This document shows positions 12,590 to 19,950 of a stretch of DNA of 21,231 nt, piece after piece. Positions within the stretch are counted from its first letter, which is position 1; every line of letters begins with the position of its first letter. A program made the position numbers and the translations under genes. The notes under the pieces are model-generated. The model was not told the origin of the DNA, made no database searches, and worked only from the letters and a program-made list of their open reading frames with translations. The stretch lies in IMG/VR virus record IMGVR_UViG_2698536518_000005. One strand, given 5' to 3'. This stretch comes from a virus (lineage: Duplodnaviria > Heunggongvirae > Uroviricota > Caudoviricetes).

Positions 12590-12828
12590 CAGAGTTCATC
12601 CAGCGTCACACGTACTGGCTTAGGATTACGAAGCCGTTCTTTCACTATCTCCACAAGTTCAGCATCTTCATCACTCAGGAGTGTCTGTTTGAACGGCAAG
12701 CGTTCATTGTCAGCGATATACTCGAGCATGAGACGAAGCGCTTCAGAAGGAGTTACACCCATTTTTTCAAGCGCGGCGTAAGAACGCGCTTTAAGTTCAT
12801 CGTCAATACGCAGGTTAATGCTACCCAT
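12589..12828 (-). CDS. relB: RelB antitoxin (79 aa)
   Basis: Translation MGSINLRIDDELKARSYAALEKMGVTPSEALRLMLEYIADNERLPFKQTLLSDEDAELVEIVKERLRNPKPVRVTLDEL. ATGA overlap with relE. Confidence 0.95.
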   Translation of the reverse strand: MGSINLRIDDELKARSYAALEKMGVTPSEALRLMLEYIADNERLPFKQTLLSDEDAELVEIVKERLRNPKPVRVTLDEL

Positions 12829-12900
12829 GTCTTACACCTCTTGTAATTACAAATGTCATTACAAGTATCGCACTACAACATGCTTAGGGCAAGTCACGAA
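12829..12900 (-). promoter_or_regulatory. relBE promoter/operator (relO) with TTGTAAT/ATTACAA inverted repeats
   Basis: 12841-12865 reads TTGTAATTACAAATGTCATTACAAG, directly upstream of the relB RBS. Minus-strand -35 TTGCCC and -10 GATACT candidates at 12866-12895. Confidence 0.65.
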
Positions 12901-13158
12901 GGAAGTCAGAAAGTAGTCGTAAGAACGGTGATCACTGTCCGCTTTGTGCCAGGAGCAGCCATTGCTAAGTCCATCCTGTATTGTGCAGGTCAGCTCGTTT
13001 TTAAAGAGTCCGGCCATCATCTTACTGGTACAGACACCATATACTTTGTGACGGTCAGGCTACATATGCACAACTCAACTTATTCATCTATTTTTTGCTT
13101 TAGCATGTCAGTGTTGCTTTCTCGTCGGCGGGTGAGCGGTGACCTGACCTGTCGATAA
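12853..13158 (+). CDS. Hypothetical protein (101 aa), possibly YdfV-like
   Basis: Complete ORF in the position of ydfV between relB and flxA. No recognisable domain; overlaps the relB operator region, so it could be spurious. Confidence 0.35.
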   Translation: MSLQVSHYNMLRASHEGSQKVVVRTVITVRFVPGAAIAKSILYCAGQLVFKESGHHLTGTDTIYFVTVRLHMHNSTYSSIFCFSMSVLLSRRRVSGDLTCR

Positions 13159-13310
13159 AGGAACGTAACACGTTTTATGCAACACCCGCATGCGGCAGAA
13201 AATTATTGCCGAACGTTTACCCCTGTCAACAAGCTTTACTTTCTGAGGCGCGCCAGCCCGCGAGGAAAACAATCTGAACATCAAACAATTAATGACACAA
13301 GAAATACGAT

Positions 13311-13337
13311 TAAAGATTTTTTTGTGCATGCCGATAG
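13311..13337 (+). promoter_or_regulatory. Sigma-28 (FliA) class-3 flagellar promoter of flxA
   Basis: TAAAG at 13311-13315, 15-nt spacer, GCCGATAG at 13330-13337, against the consensus TAAA-N15-GCCGATAA. AGGAG RBS at 13351-13355. Confidence 0.75.
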
Positions 13338-13360
13338 TGCTTTTTTAAAAGGAGAAATCT

Positions 13361-13693
13361 ATGTCTGTCACAATTCAGGGAAATACCTCAACCGTTATTT
13401 CAAACAACTCCGCCCCGGAAGGAACATCAGAAATAGCCAAAATCACAAGACAAATTCAGGTGCTGACTGAAAAGCTTGGGAAAATCTCATCGGAAGAGGG
13501 GATGACGACACAGCAGAAAAAAGAAATGGCTGCATTGGTACAGAAGCAAATTGAAAGCCTCTGGGCTCAACTGGAGCAGTTGTTAAGGCAGCAGGCAGAG
13601 AAAAAGAATGAAGACGCGACAGTTCAGCCTGATAAAAAAGAAGAGAAAAAAGACGATACAAATACCGCTGGCACCATTGATATTTACGTCTAA
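13361..13693 (+). CDS. flxA: FlxA (110 aa), FliA-regulated prophage protein
   Basis: Translation MSVTIQGNTSTVISNNSAPEGTSEIAKITRQIQVLTEKLGK... with sigma-28 promoter upstream. Confidence 0.93.
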   Translation: MSVTIQGNTSTVISNNSAPEGTSEIAKITRQIQVLTEKLGKISSEEGMTTQQKKEMAALVQKQIESLWAQLEQLLRQQAEKKNEDATVQPDKKEEKKDDTNTAGTIDIYV

Positions 13694-13707
13694 GTGACAG
13701 CCGTATT

Positions 13708-13734
13708 GTGGCCCTCATCGGGCCACTTTTCGCC
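13708..13734 (+). terminator. Rho-independent terminator of flxA
   Basis: GTGGCCC-TCATC-GGGCCAC hairpin followed by TTTTCGCC. Confidence 0.7.
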
Positions 13735-14129
13735 ATCAGCCTTTTCTTTAAAGACATATTATCTTTGTATCATTTCTGATAGTTAACATTACAAGATATA
13801 AGTAATGGACGCACTCCCAATTAGTCTATTTAAATCGCCACGAGTTTAACTGACAACCCATGATCAATTATGAATTGCAACTATTTCTGTAGTCACTTTT
13901 GTGGGGACAGTCCACAAAACTGCCAACTTCCGCTTCTTGCTCTTAGCGGACATTAGCATAGGCTATTTACCATAACGCCTCATTACGCGCACCGCCCAGA
14001 CTGACTCAGCGCGTTTCTGGCATATCCCCGGTAAAACAAGTAACAAACCACCCGAAAATGAACACCAGAAACGCGACTTAAGAATCTACCCTATGAATGG
14101 ATATGCACTCAACCGAATCGATCTTGGTT

Positions 14130-14807
14130 TCAATCTTTTTTATCGGGATCAGGCTTCTTTTTAGGTAACTTCGGGGGCTTAACTTGCTGATGACTTTGCG
14201 TTCGGCGCGTAAGCCAGGGATGGTCAGCTTTAGGTTTAACATAGTATTTTGAGCGTAAATCAATACGGGCATTATCCACTCGTTCATGGACACTCTTTTC
14301 ATCATCCAGTGGTATAGGCTCCGGGCCATCAACATACTTTTCCCAGCCCAGCGCTTTCCCGTCATACAGAACGTTAATTTCACCGTCAAAGTTCTCGCAT
14401 ACAGTAACAACCGAATGCCTAAGTCGATATCCCCGGCCCTCACTGCGTACCTGAAACGCACTGCTTTTGTACTGGAAAGTGAGATTTTTAGACAGAACGC
14501 GCTTCGCCTGTAGGCTGAAGATATAACCCAGTTCCTCTTCAGAATGGTGCACATCAAGATGAGCATTATCAGTAGTACGAGGCGACGTAGCGAACCGGTT
14601 GTTATAGGCTTCAATAAAGGTCGGCAACCATGCATTTGCTGTTTCAATATCACTGATATTCTGAAGCCGCATTTCTTTGACCAGCCTGTCCTGTAGTGTC
14701 TGATTGGCGCGCTCTACCCGCCCTTTTGCCTGCGGGCTGTTGGCATGGATTGGCTCGATGCCCAGTGTCTTTATCGCACGAGTGAACTGGGTCAGCTCAC
14801 CTTCCAG
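14130..14807 (-). pseudogene. C-terminal fragment (~225 codons) of a DDE/rve-type transposase or integrase core; N-terminal part missing
   Basis: Minus-strand frame reads ...FTRAIKTLGIEPIHANSPQAKGRVERANQTLQDRLVKEMRLQNISDIETANAWLPTFIEAYNNRFA..., the signature region around the third catalytic E of rve domains. The frame opens right at the dicC junction with no upstream D-D region or start codon. Confidence 0.65.
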
Positions 14808-14893
14808 CTATAAAGCGAAGCCAAACGAATACCTGCTGCTTGTGCAAGTTTTGTTTTTGAACCGAAATACAAAAGAGCGTCAGTTTTAAGCAT
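14792..14893 (-). pseudogene. dicC: dicC (Cro-like regulator) truncated after codon 31
   Basis: Hand translation MLKTDALLYFGSKTKLAQAAGIRLASLYSWK matches the DicC N-terminus, then runs VS-stop where the transposase-derived sequence begins. Divergent from dicA. Confidence 0.75.
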
Positions 14894-14908
14894 TTAAAAC
14901 ACCTTTAT

Positions 14909-14974
14909 TGTTAGTCATAACTAACAAGATAGATGTTAACAAAAACATAGTCAATACGATTTAGCATTAGCTAA
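14909..14974. promoter_or_regulatory. dicA-dicC intergenic operator region with two TTAG-N6-CTAA inverted repeats
   Basis: TGTTAGTCATAACTAACA at 14909-14926 and TTAGCATTAGCTAA at 14961-14974. The same motif recurs upstream of ydfA. Confidence 0.6.
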
Positions 14975-14976
14975 CT

Positions 14977-15384
14977 ATGGAAACAAAAAATTTAACTATC
15001 GGCGAACGCATCAGGTATCGTCGGAAAAACCTCAAACACACCCAAAGGTCTCTTGCTAAAGCCCTGAAAATCTCCCATGTGTCTGTATCACAATGGGAAC
15101 GGGGTGATAGTGAACCTACAGGGAAGAACCTTTTTGCCCTCAGCAAAGTATTGCAATGCTCACCAACATGGATTCTATTTGGCGATGAAGACAAGCAACC
15201 AACACCACCTGTTGAGAAGCCAGTTGCCTTATCCCCCAAAGAACTAGAGCTCCTTGAGCTGTTTAATGCACTGCCAGAATCAGAACAGGATACCCAGCTC
15301 GCCGAAATGCGAGCTCGAGTAAAAAACTTCAATAAACTCTTTGAAGAATTACTAAAAGCCCGTCAGCGGACAAATAAAAGATAA
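14977..15384 (+). CDS. dicA: DicA, HTH (XRE-family) repressor of the dicB operon (135 aa)
   Basis: Translation METKNLTIGERIRYRRKNLKHTQRSLAKALKISHVSVSQWERGDSEPTGKNLFALSKVLQCSPTWILFGDED... Confidence 0.95.
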   Translation: METKNLTIGERIRYRRKNLKHTQRSLAKALKISHVSVSQWERGDSEPTGKNLFALSKVLQCSPTWILFGDEDKQPTPPVEKPVALSPKELELLELFNALPESEQDTQLAEMRARVKNFNKLFEELLKARQRTNKR

Positions 15385-15444
15385 CATCATCAATGAGTTA
15401 TCTTTTACCACATCAATTATGTTAGCTATAGCATACAAAATCAC

Positions 15445-15473
15445 TTGACCGATATGTTAGTCATGGCTAATCT
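15445..15473 (+). promoter_or_regulatory. Candidate dicB-operon promoter (-35 TTGACC, -10 TAATCT) overlapped by a TTAG-N6-CTAA operator
   Basis: TTGACC at 15445-15450, 17-bp spacer, TAATCT at 15468-15473. Operator TTAGTCATGGCTAA at 15457-15470. Confidence 0.5.
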
Positions 15474-15550
15474 TGTTTGCATCAACACACCGCACGGTGT
15501 TCTCAGCAAACAGTTCCGCTACCCCAGCGTTAAGGGGAAATGAGGTCAGC

Positions 15551-15706
15551 ATGGATACTATCGATCTTGGCAACAACGAATCTCTGGTGTACGGCGTGTT
15601 TCCAAACCAGGACGGCACGTTCACCGCAATGACGTATACCAAAAGCAAAACGTTTAAAACCGAAAATGGTGCCCGTCGCTGGCTGGAAAGAAACTCAGGT
15701 GAGTGA
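15551..15706 (+). CDS. ydfA: YdfA small protein (51 aa)
   Basis: MDTIDLGNNESLVYGVFPNQDGTFTAMTYTKSKTFKTENGARRWLERNSGE. GGGGAAATGAGG RBS. Confidence 0.8.
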   Translation: MDTIDLGNNESLVYGVFPNQDGTFTAMTYTKSKTFKTENGARRWLERNSGE

Positions 15707-15707
15707 T

Positions 15708-15836
15708 ATGGATTTCGACACAATCATGGAAAAGGCTTACGAAGAATACTTCGAAGGCCTTGCCGAAGGCGAAGAAGCTCTCAGCTTCAGTGAGTTTAAA
15801 CAGGCGCTTTCCAGTTCGGCAAAATCTAACGGCTGA
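15708..15836 (+). CDS. ydfB: YdfB small protein (42 aa)
   Basis: Hand translation MDFDTIMEKAYEEYFEGLAEGEEALSFSEFKQALSSSAKSNG. Start 2 nt after the ydfA stop. Confidence 0.8.
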   Translation: MDFDTIMEKAYEEYFEGLAEGEEALSFSEFKQALSSSAKSNG

Positions 15837-15865
15837 TAAGCGAAACAGCACCGCGAGGAATCAGT

Positions 15866-16084
15866 ATGCAGAAACGAGAACCCGTCATCATCGCGCCAGA
15901 CTATACCGATGATGAACTTTATGAGTGGATGCGCCAGAAAATTAATGCAGCGCAGGATCTGAAATGGGCTAATGAAGCCAGGGCTAAGCAGGCTGAAAAT
16001 CTGTCCGCTCTGGAGCAGGATATCACCAATCTGGAAAAAGCAGCGGCATTAAGCATTGCCAGAATGATTACATACCCGCGTTAG
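15866..16084 (+). CDS. ydfC: YdfC (72 aa)
   Basis: MQKREPVIIAPDYTDDELYEWMRQKINAAQDLKWANEARAKQAENLSALEQDITNLEKAAALSIARMITYPR. GAGGA RBS. Confidence 0.85.
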   Translation: MQKREPVIIAPDYTDDELYEWMRQKINAAQDLKWANEARAKQAENLSALEQDITNLEKAAALSIARMITYPR

Positions 16085-16424
16085 TAGCTAATCAACAAAG
16101 CTAAGGTTAGTAATTAAGGAGTTCTCCACGGGTGAGGTGGAGTGCGTGCGCCGGACACGGGTGCGCATCCGGAACTGACAGTTTACTGAAAGGATATTTC
16201 CCTGAAAAGTCAGACCATAACGCGAAAGCGCACGGCGAGGTAGCTGGTTCATAGATAGCCTGTCGTTAAATTTTCGTCGACCGTGCGCTTCCGGTTGTGG
16301 CAACCCGCGAAATGGCGCGGCGGTAAGTATGGCGGGGTTATTCCTTCCCCGTTGAGGACACCGGGTTGTCAGGTTGACCATACGCTTAAGTGACAACCCC
16401 GCTGCAACGCCCTCTGTTATCAAT

Positions 16425-16482
16425 TTTCTGGTGACGTTTGGCGGTATCAGTTTTACTCCGTGACTGCTCTGCCGCCCTTTTT
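16425..16482 (+). ncRNA. dicF: DicF small RNA (53 nt plus U-tract), antisense regulator of ftsZ and other targets
   Basis: Sequence TTTCTGGTGACGTTTGGCGGTATCAGTTTTACTCCGTGACTGCTCTGCCGCCC followed by TTTTT matches DicF. The 3' GC hairpin acts as terminator. Confidence 0.9.
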
Positions 16483-16651
16483 AAAGTGAATTTTGTGATG
16501 TGGTGAATGCGGCTGAGCGCACGCGGAACAGTTAAAACCAAAAACAGTGTTATGGGTGGATTCTCTGTATCCGGCGTTAATTGTTAACTGGTTAACGTCA
16601 CCTGGAGGCACCAGGCACTGCATCACAAAATTCATTGTTGAGGACGCGATA

Positions 16652-16840
16652 ATGAAAACGTTATTACCAAACGTTAATACGTCTGAAGGTTGTTTTGAAA
16701 TTGGTGTCACTATCAGTAACCCAGTATTTACTGAAGATGCCATTAACAAGAGAAAACAAGAACGGGAGCTATTAAATAAAATATGCATTGTTTCAATGCT
16801 GGCTCGTTTACGTCTGATGCCAAAAGGATGTGCACAATGA
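16652..16840 (+). CDS. dicB: Cell-division inhibitor DicB (62 aa)
   Basis: MKTLLPNVNTSEGCFEIGVTISNPVFTEDAINKRKQERELLNKICIVSMLARLRLMPKGCAQ. GAGGA RBS. Confidence 0.9.
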   Translation: MKTLLPNVNTSEGCFEIGVTISNPVFTEDAINKRKQERELLNKICIVSMLARLRLMPKGCAQ

Positions 16841-17028
16841 ATTCAGCATTTGTGCTTGTTCTGACAGTTTTTCTTGTTTCCGGAGAGCCAGTTGATATTG
16901 CAGTCAGTGTTCACAGGACAATGCAGGAGTGTATGACTGCAGCAACCGAACAGAAAATTCCCGGTAACTGTTACCCGGTCGATAAAGTTATTCACCAGGA
17001 TAATATCGAAATCCCGGCAGGTCTTTAA
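16837..17028 (+). CDS. ydfD: YdfD (63 aa), small membrane lysis protein
   Basis: MNSAFVLVLTVFLVSGEPVDIAVSVHRTMQECMTAATEQKIPGNCYPVDKVIHQDNIEIPAGL. ATGA overlap with the dicB stop. Confidence 0.85.
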   Translation: MNSAFVLVLTVFLVSGEPVDIAVSVHRTMQECMTAATEQKIPGNCYPVDKVIHQDNIEIPAGL

Positions 17029-17120
17029 AACAGTTCCGTAATAAATATCCGGTTTCATTCTTATATGCCAGCAATGGCAGGGATTTGTTCATCCTTAAAT
17101 CTGTCATGAGGTTAAAACAA

Positions 17121-19592
17121 ATGAGTAAAGTCTTTATTTGCGCCGCTATTCCTGACGAACTGGCAACAAGGGAAGAAGGCGCTGTGGCTGTAGCCACAGC
17201 CATTGAAGCTGGCGACGAACGCCGTGCTCGAGCAAAATTTCACTGGCAATTCCTGGAACATTATCCGGCTGCTCAGGACTGCGCTTATAAATTTATTGTC
17301 TGCGAGGATAAACCTGGCATACCCCGCCCTGCCCTCGATTCATGGGATGCTGAATATATGCAGGAAAACCGCTGGGATGAGGAGTCTGCTTCTTTTGTCC
17401 CGGTTGAGACTGAATCCGATCCGATGAACGTCACTTTTGACAAGCTGGCCCCTGAAGTACAGAACGCTGTCATGGTTAAGTTCGACACATGTGAAAACAT
17501 CACCGTTGATATGGTTATTAGCGCACAGGAATTGTTGCAGGAAGACATGGCAACATTCGACGGACATATCGTTGAAGCGTTGATGAAAATGCCAGAAGTT
17601 AACGCCATGTATCCGGAGCTTAAGTTGCACGCCATTGGGTGGGTTAAGCATAAATGTATTCCTGGTGCTAAATGGCCCGAAATTCAGGCAGAGATGCGCA
17701 TCTGGAAAAAACGTCGCGAAGGTGAACGCAAGGAAACCGGAAAATACACGTCTGTTGTTGATCTCGCCCGCGCCAGAGCCAATCAACAGTACACTGAAAA
17801 TTCAACAGGAAAAATCAGCCCGGTCATTGCTGCCATTCATCGCGAATACAAGCAGACATGGAAAACACTGGATGACGAACTGGCCTACGCTCTCTGGCCT
17901 AGTGATGTGGATGCCGGAAACATTGACGGCAGCATCCATCGCTGGGCAAAAAAAGAAGTTATCGACAACGACCGCGAAGACTGGAAGCGTATCTCGGCAT
18001 CAATGCGCAAACAGCCTGATGCCCTTCGCTACGACCGCCAAACTATTTTTGGCCTTGTCCGTGAGCGTCCGATCGACATTCACAAAGATCCCGTAGCACT
18101 GAACAAATATATCTGCGAATACCTGACGACAAAGGGCGTGTTTGAGAATGAAGAAACAGACCTGGGCACTGTTGATGTTCTCCAGTCATCAGAAACACAA
18201 ACTGATGCAGTGGAAACTGAGGTATCTGATATCCCAAAAAATGAAACCGCGCCGGAAGCTGAACCATCTGTAGAGCGTGAGGGGCCGTTCTATTTCCTCT
18301 TCGCAGATAAGGACGGAGAAAAATACGGTCGCGCAAACAAACTCTCTGGTCTGGATAAGGCACTGGCTGCTGGCGCCACTGAAATCACAAAAGAAGAATA
18401 TTTTGCCCGAAAAAATGGCACATACACGGGCTTACCGCAAAATGTAGATACCGCTGAAGATTCAGAACAACCAGAGCCGATAAAAGTTACCGCTGACGAA
18501 GTAAACAAAATTATGCAGGCAGCCAATATCAGCCAGCCTGACGCCGATAAGTTGCTTGCTGCATCACGTGGTGAATTTGTTGAAGGGATTAGTGACCCGA
18601 ATGATCCGAAATGGGTTAAGGGGCTCCAGACCCGCGATTCTGTGAACCAGAACCAGCATGAATCGGAACGGAACTACCAAAAAGCGGAACAAAACAGTCC
18701 AAATGCGTTACAAAACGAGCCAGAAACGAAACAGCCTGAACCAGTAGCGCAACAGGAAGTGGAAAAAGTCTGCACCGCCTGCGGTCAGACCGGCGGCGGC
18801 AACTGCCCTGATTGTGGCGCGGTGATGGGCGACGCAACATACCAAGAAACATTCGATGAAGAGTATCAGGTTGAAGTTCAGGAAGATGATCCGGAGGAAA
18901 TGGAAGGCGCTGAACATCCACACAAGGAGAACACTGGCGGCAATCAGCATCACAATAGCGATAATGAAACTGGCGAGACGGCAGATCACCCAATTAAGGT
19001 GAACGGTCATCACGAAATCACATCCACCAGCAGGACGTGTGACCATCTAATGATCGACCTTGAAACCATGGGAAAAAATCCTGATGCCCCGATCATCTCA
19101 ATAGGTGCAATATTTTTCGATCCGCAAACCGGAGATATGGGACCGGAATTTAGTAAGACTATCGATCTGGAAACTGCTGGCGGAGTCATTGATCGGGACA
19201 CCATTAAATGGTGGCTTAAGCAATCACGCGAAGCGCAATCTGCCATTATGACCGATGAAATCCCGTTAGATGATGCACTGTTACAATTGCGAGAATTTAT
19301 CGACGAAAACTCCGGTGAATTTTTTGTTCAGGTTTGGGGAAATGGAGCCAACTTCGACAACACGATTTTGCGCCGTTCATACGAACGGCAGGGGATCCCC
19401 TGCCCGTGGCGTTACTACAACGATCGCGATGTACGCACAATCGTTGAGCTGGGGAAAGCCATAGACTTCGATGCCAGAACGGCTATTCCATTCGAAGGTG
19501 AGCGCCATAATGCACTTGATGACGCCCGTTACCAGGCAAAATACGTTTCAGTTATCTGGCAAAAACTGATCCCGAGTCAGGCTGATTCTTAA
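17121..19592 (+). CDS. Large prophage exonuclease (~823 aa): YdfE-like N-terminal domain, acidic linker with a CxxC-x8-CxxC zinc ribbon, and a C-terminal DEDDh 3'-5' exonuclease domain
   Basis: ATG at 17121 with GAGG RBS. N-terminus MSKVFICAAIPDELATREEGAVAVATAIE... The C-terminal domain has exo motifs MIDLET, GNGANFD and H-x4-D (HNALDDA). Zinc ribbon CTACGQTGGGNCPDCG. Confidence 0.8.
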   Translation: MSKVFICAAIPDELATREEGAVAVATAIEAGDERRARAKFHWQFLEHYPAAQDCAYKFIVCEDKPGIPRPALDSWDAEYMQENRWDEESASFVPVETESDPMNVTFDKLAPEVQNAVMVKFDTCENITVDMVISAQELLQEDMATFDGHIVEALMKMPEVNAMYPELKLHAIGWVKHKCIPGAKWPEIQAEMRIWKKRREGERKETGKYTSVVDLARARANQQYTENSTGKISPVIAAIHREYKQTWKTLDDELAYALWPSDVDAGNIDGSIHRWAKKEVIDNDREDWKRISASMRKQPDALRYDRQTIFGLVRERPIDIHKDPVALNKYICEYLTTKGVFENEETDLGTVDVLQSSETQTDAVETEVSDIPKNETAPEAEPSVEREGPFYFLFADKDGEKYGRANKLSGLDKALAAGATEITKEEYFARKNGTYTGLPQNVDTAEDSEQPEPIKVTADEVNKIMQAANISQPDADKLLAASRGEFVEGISDPNDPKWVKGLQTRDSVNQNQHESERNYQKAEQNSPNALQNEPETKQPEPVAQQEVEKVCTACGQTGGGNCPDCGAVMGDATYQETFDEEYQVEVQEDDPEEMEGAEHPHKENTGGNQHHNSDNETGETADHPIKVNGHHEITSTSRTCDHLMIDLETMGKNPDAPIISIGAIFFDPQTGDMGPEFSKTIDLETAGGVIDRDTIKWWLKQSREAQSAIMTDEIPLDDALLQLREFIDENSGEFFVQVWGNGANFDNTILRRSYERQGIPCPWRYYNDRDVRTIVELGKAIDFDARTAIPFEGERHNALDDARYQAKYVSVIWQKLIPSQADS

Positions 19593-19664
19593 TGTTCAAC
19601 TGTCGCCGGTTGTGACTGGTATTCTGCAACCGGCGCTCGTCTGATGTAAGAGATAAAGAAATCG

Positions 19665-19916
19665 ATGAGCGAAGTAATCATGATTGTCTCTCCCGGCAAA
19701 TGGGTATCCGAAGAGCAGTTAATTGCGCTGAAAGGAATAAAAAAAGGTACGTTAAAAAAGGCCCGGGAAAAATCGTTTATGGAAGGAAGGGAATATAAGC
19801 ATGTCGCTCATGACGGTATGCCATGGGATAACAGTCCATGCTTTTACAACCTGGAAGAAATTGATCGCTGGATTGAGCGCCAGGCATCAGCGAGACCAAG
19901 ACGTCATCTTACTTGA
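19665..19916 (+). CDS. Excisionase-like small protein (83 aa)
   Basis: Small basic ORF immediately upstream of the integrase. Similarity to Rac-type putative excisionases is recalled only loosely. Confidence 0.55.
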   Translation: MSEVIMIVSPGKWVSEEQLIALKGIKKGTLKKAREKSFMEGREYKHVAHDGMPWDNSPCFYNLEEIDRWIERQASARPRRHLT

Positions 19917-19950
19917 CTAAAAGCCACACTAACTAATGAGAGAAGTTGAA

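Noticed and set aside
12466-12846. 126-aa ORF antisense to relB/relE
   Set aside because: It overlaps the strongly supported relBE genes on the opposite strand and has no plausible start context.
14078-14653. 191-aa minus-strand ORF overlapping the transposase fragment in another frame
   Set aside because: The rve-signature frame (14130-14807) accounts for this DNA; the alternative frame lacks any recognisable motif.
16088-16788. Two 111-aa minus-strand ORFs across the dicF leader, dicF and dicB
   Set aside because: They are antisense to the dicF precursor and dicB; the region is known to be processed RNA, and neither ORF has an RBS.
17203-19246. Multiple 60-150 aa ORFs on both strands inside the large exonuclease gene
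   Set aside because: All are nested within the single 2.47-kb ORF, which has a coherent domain architecture.
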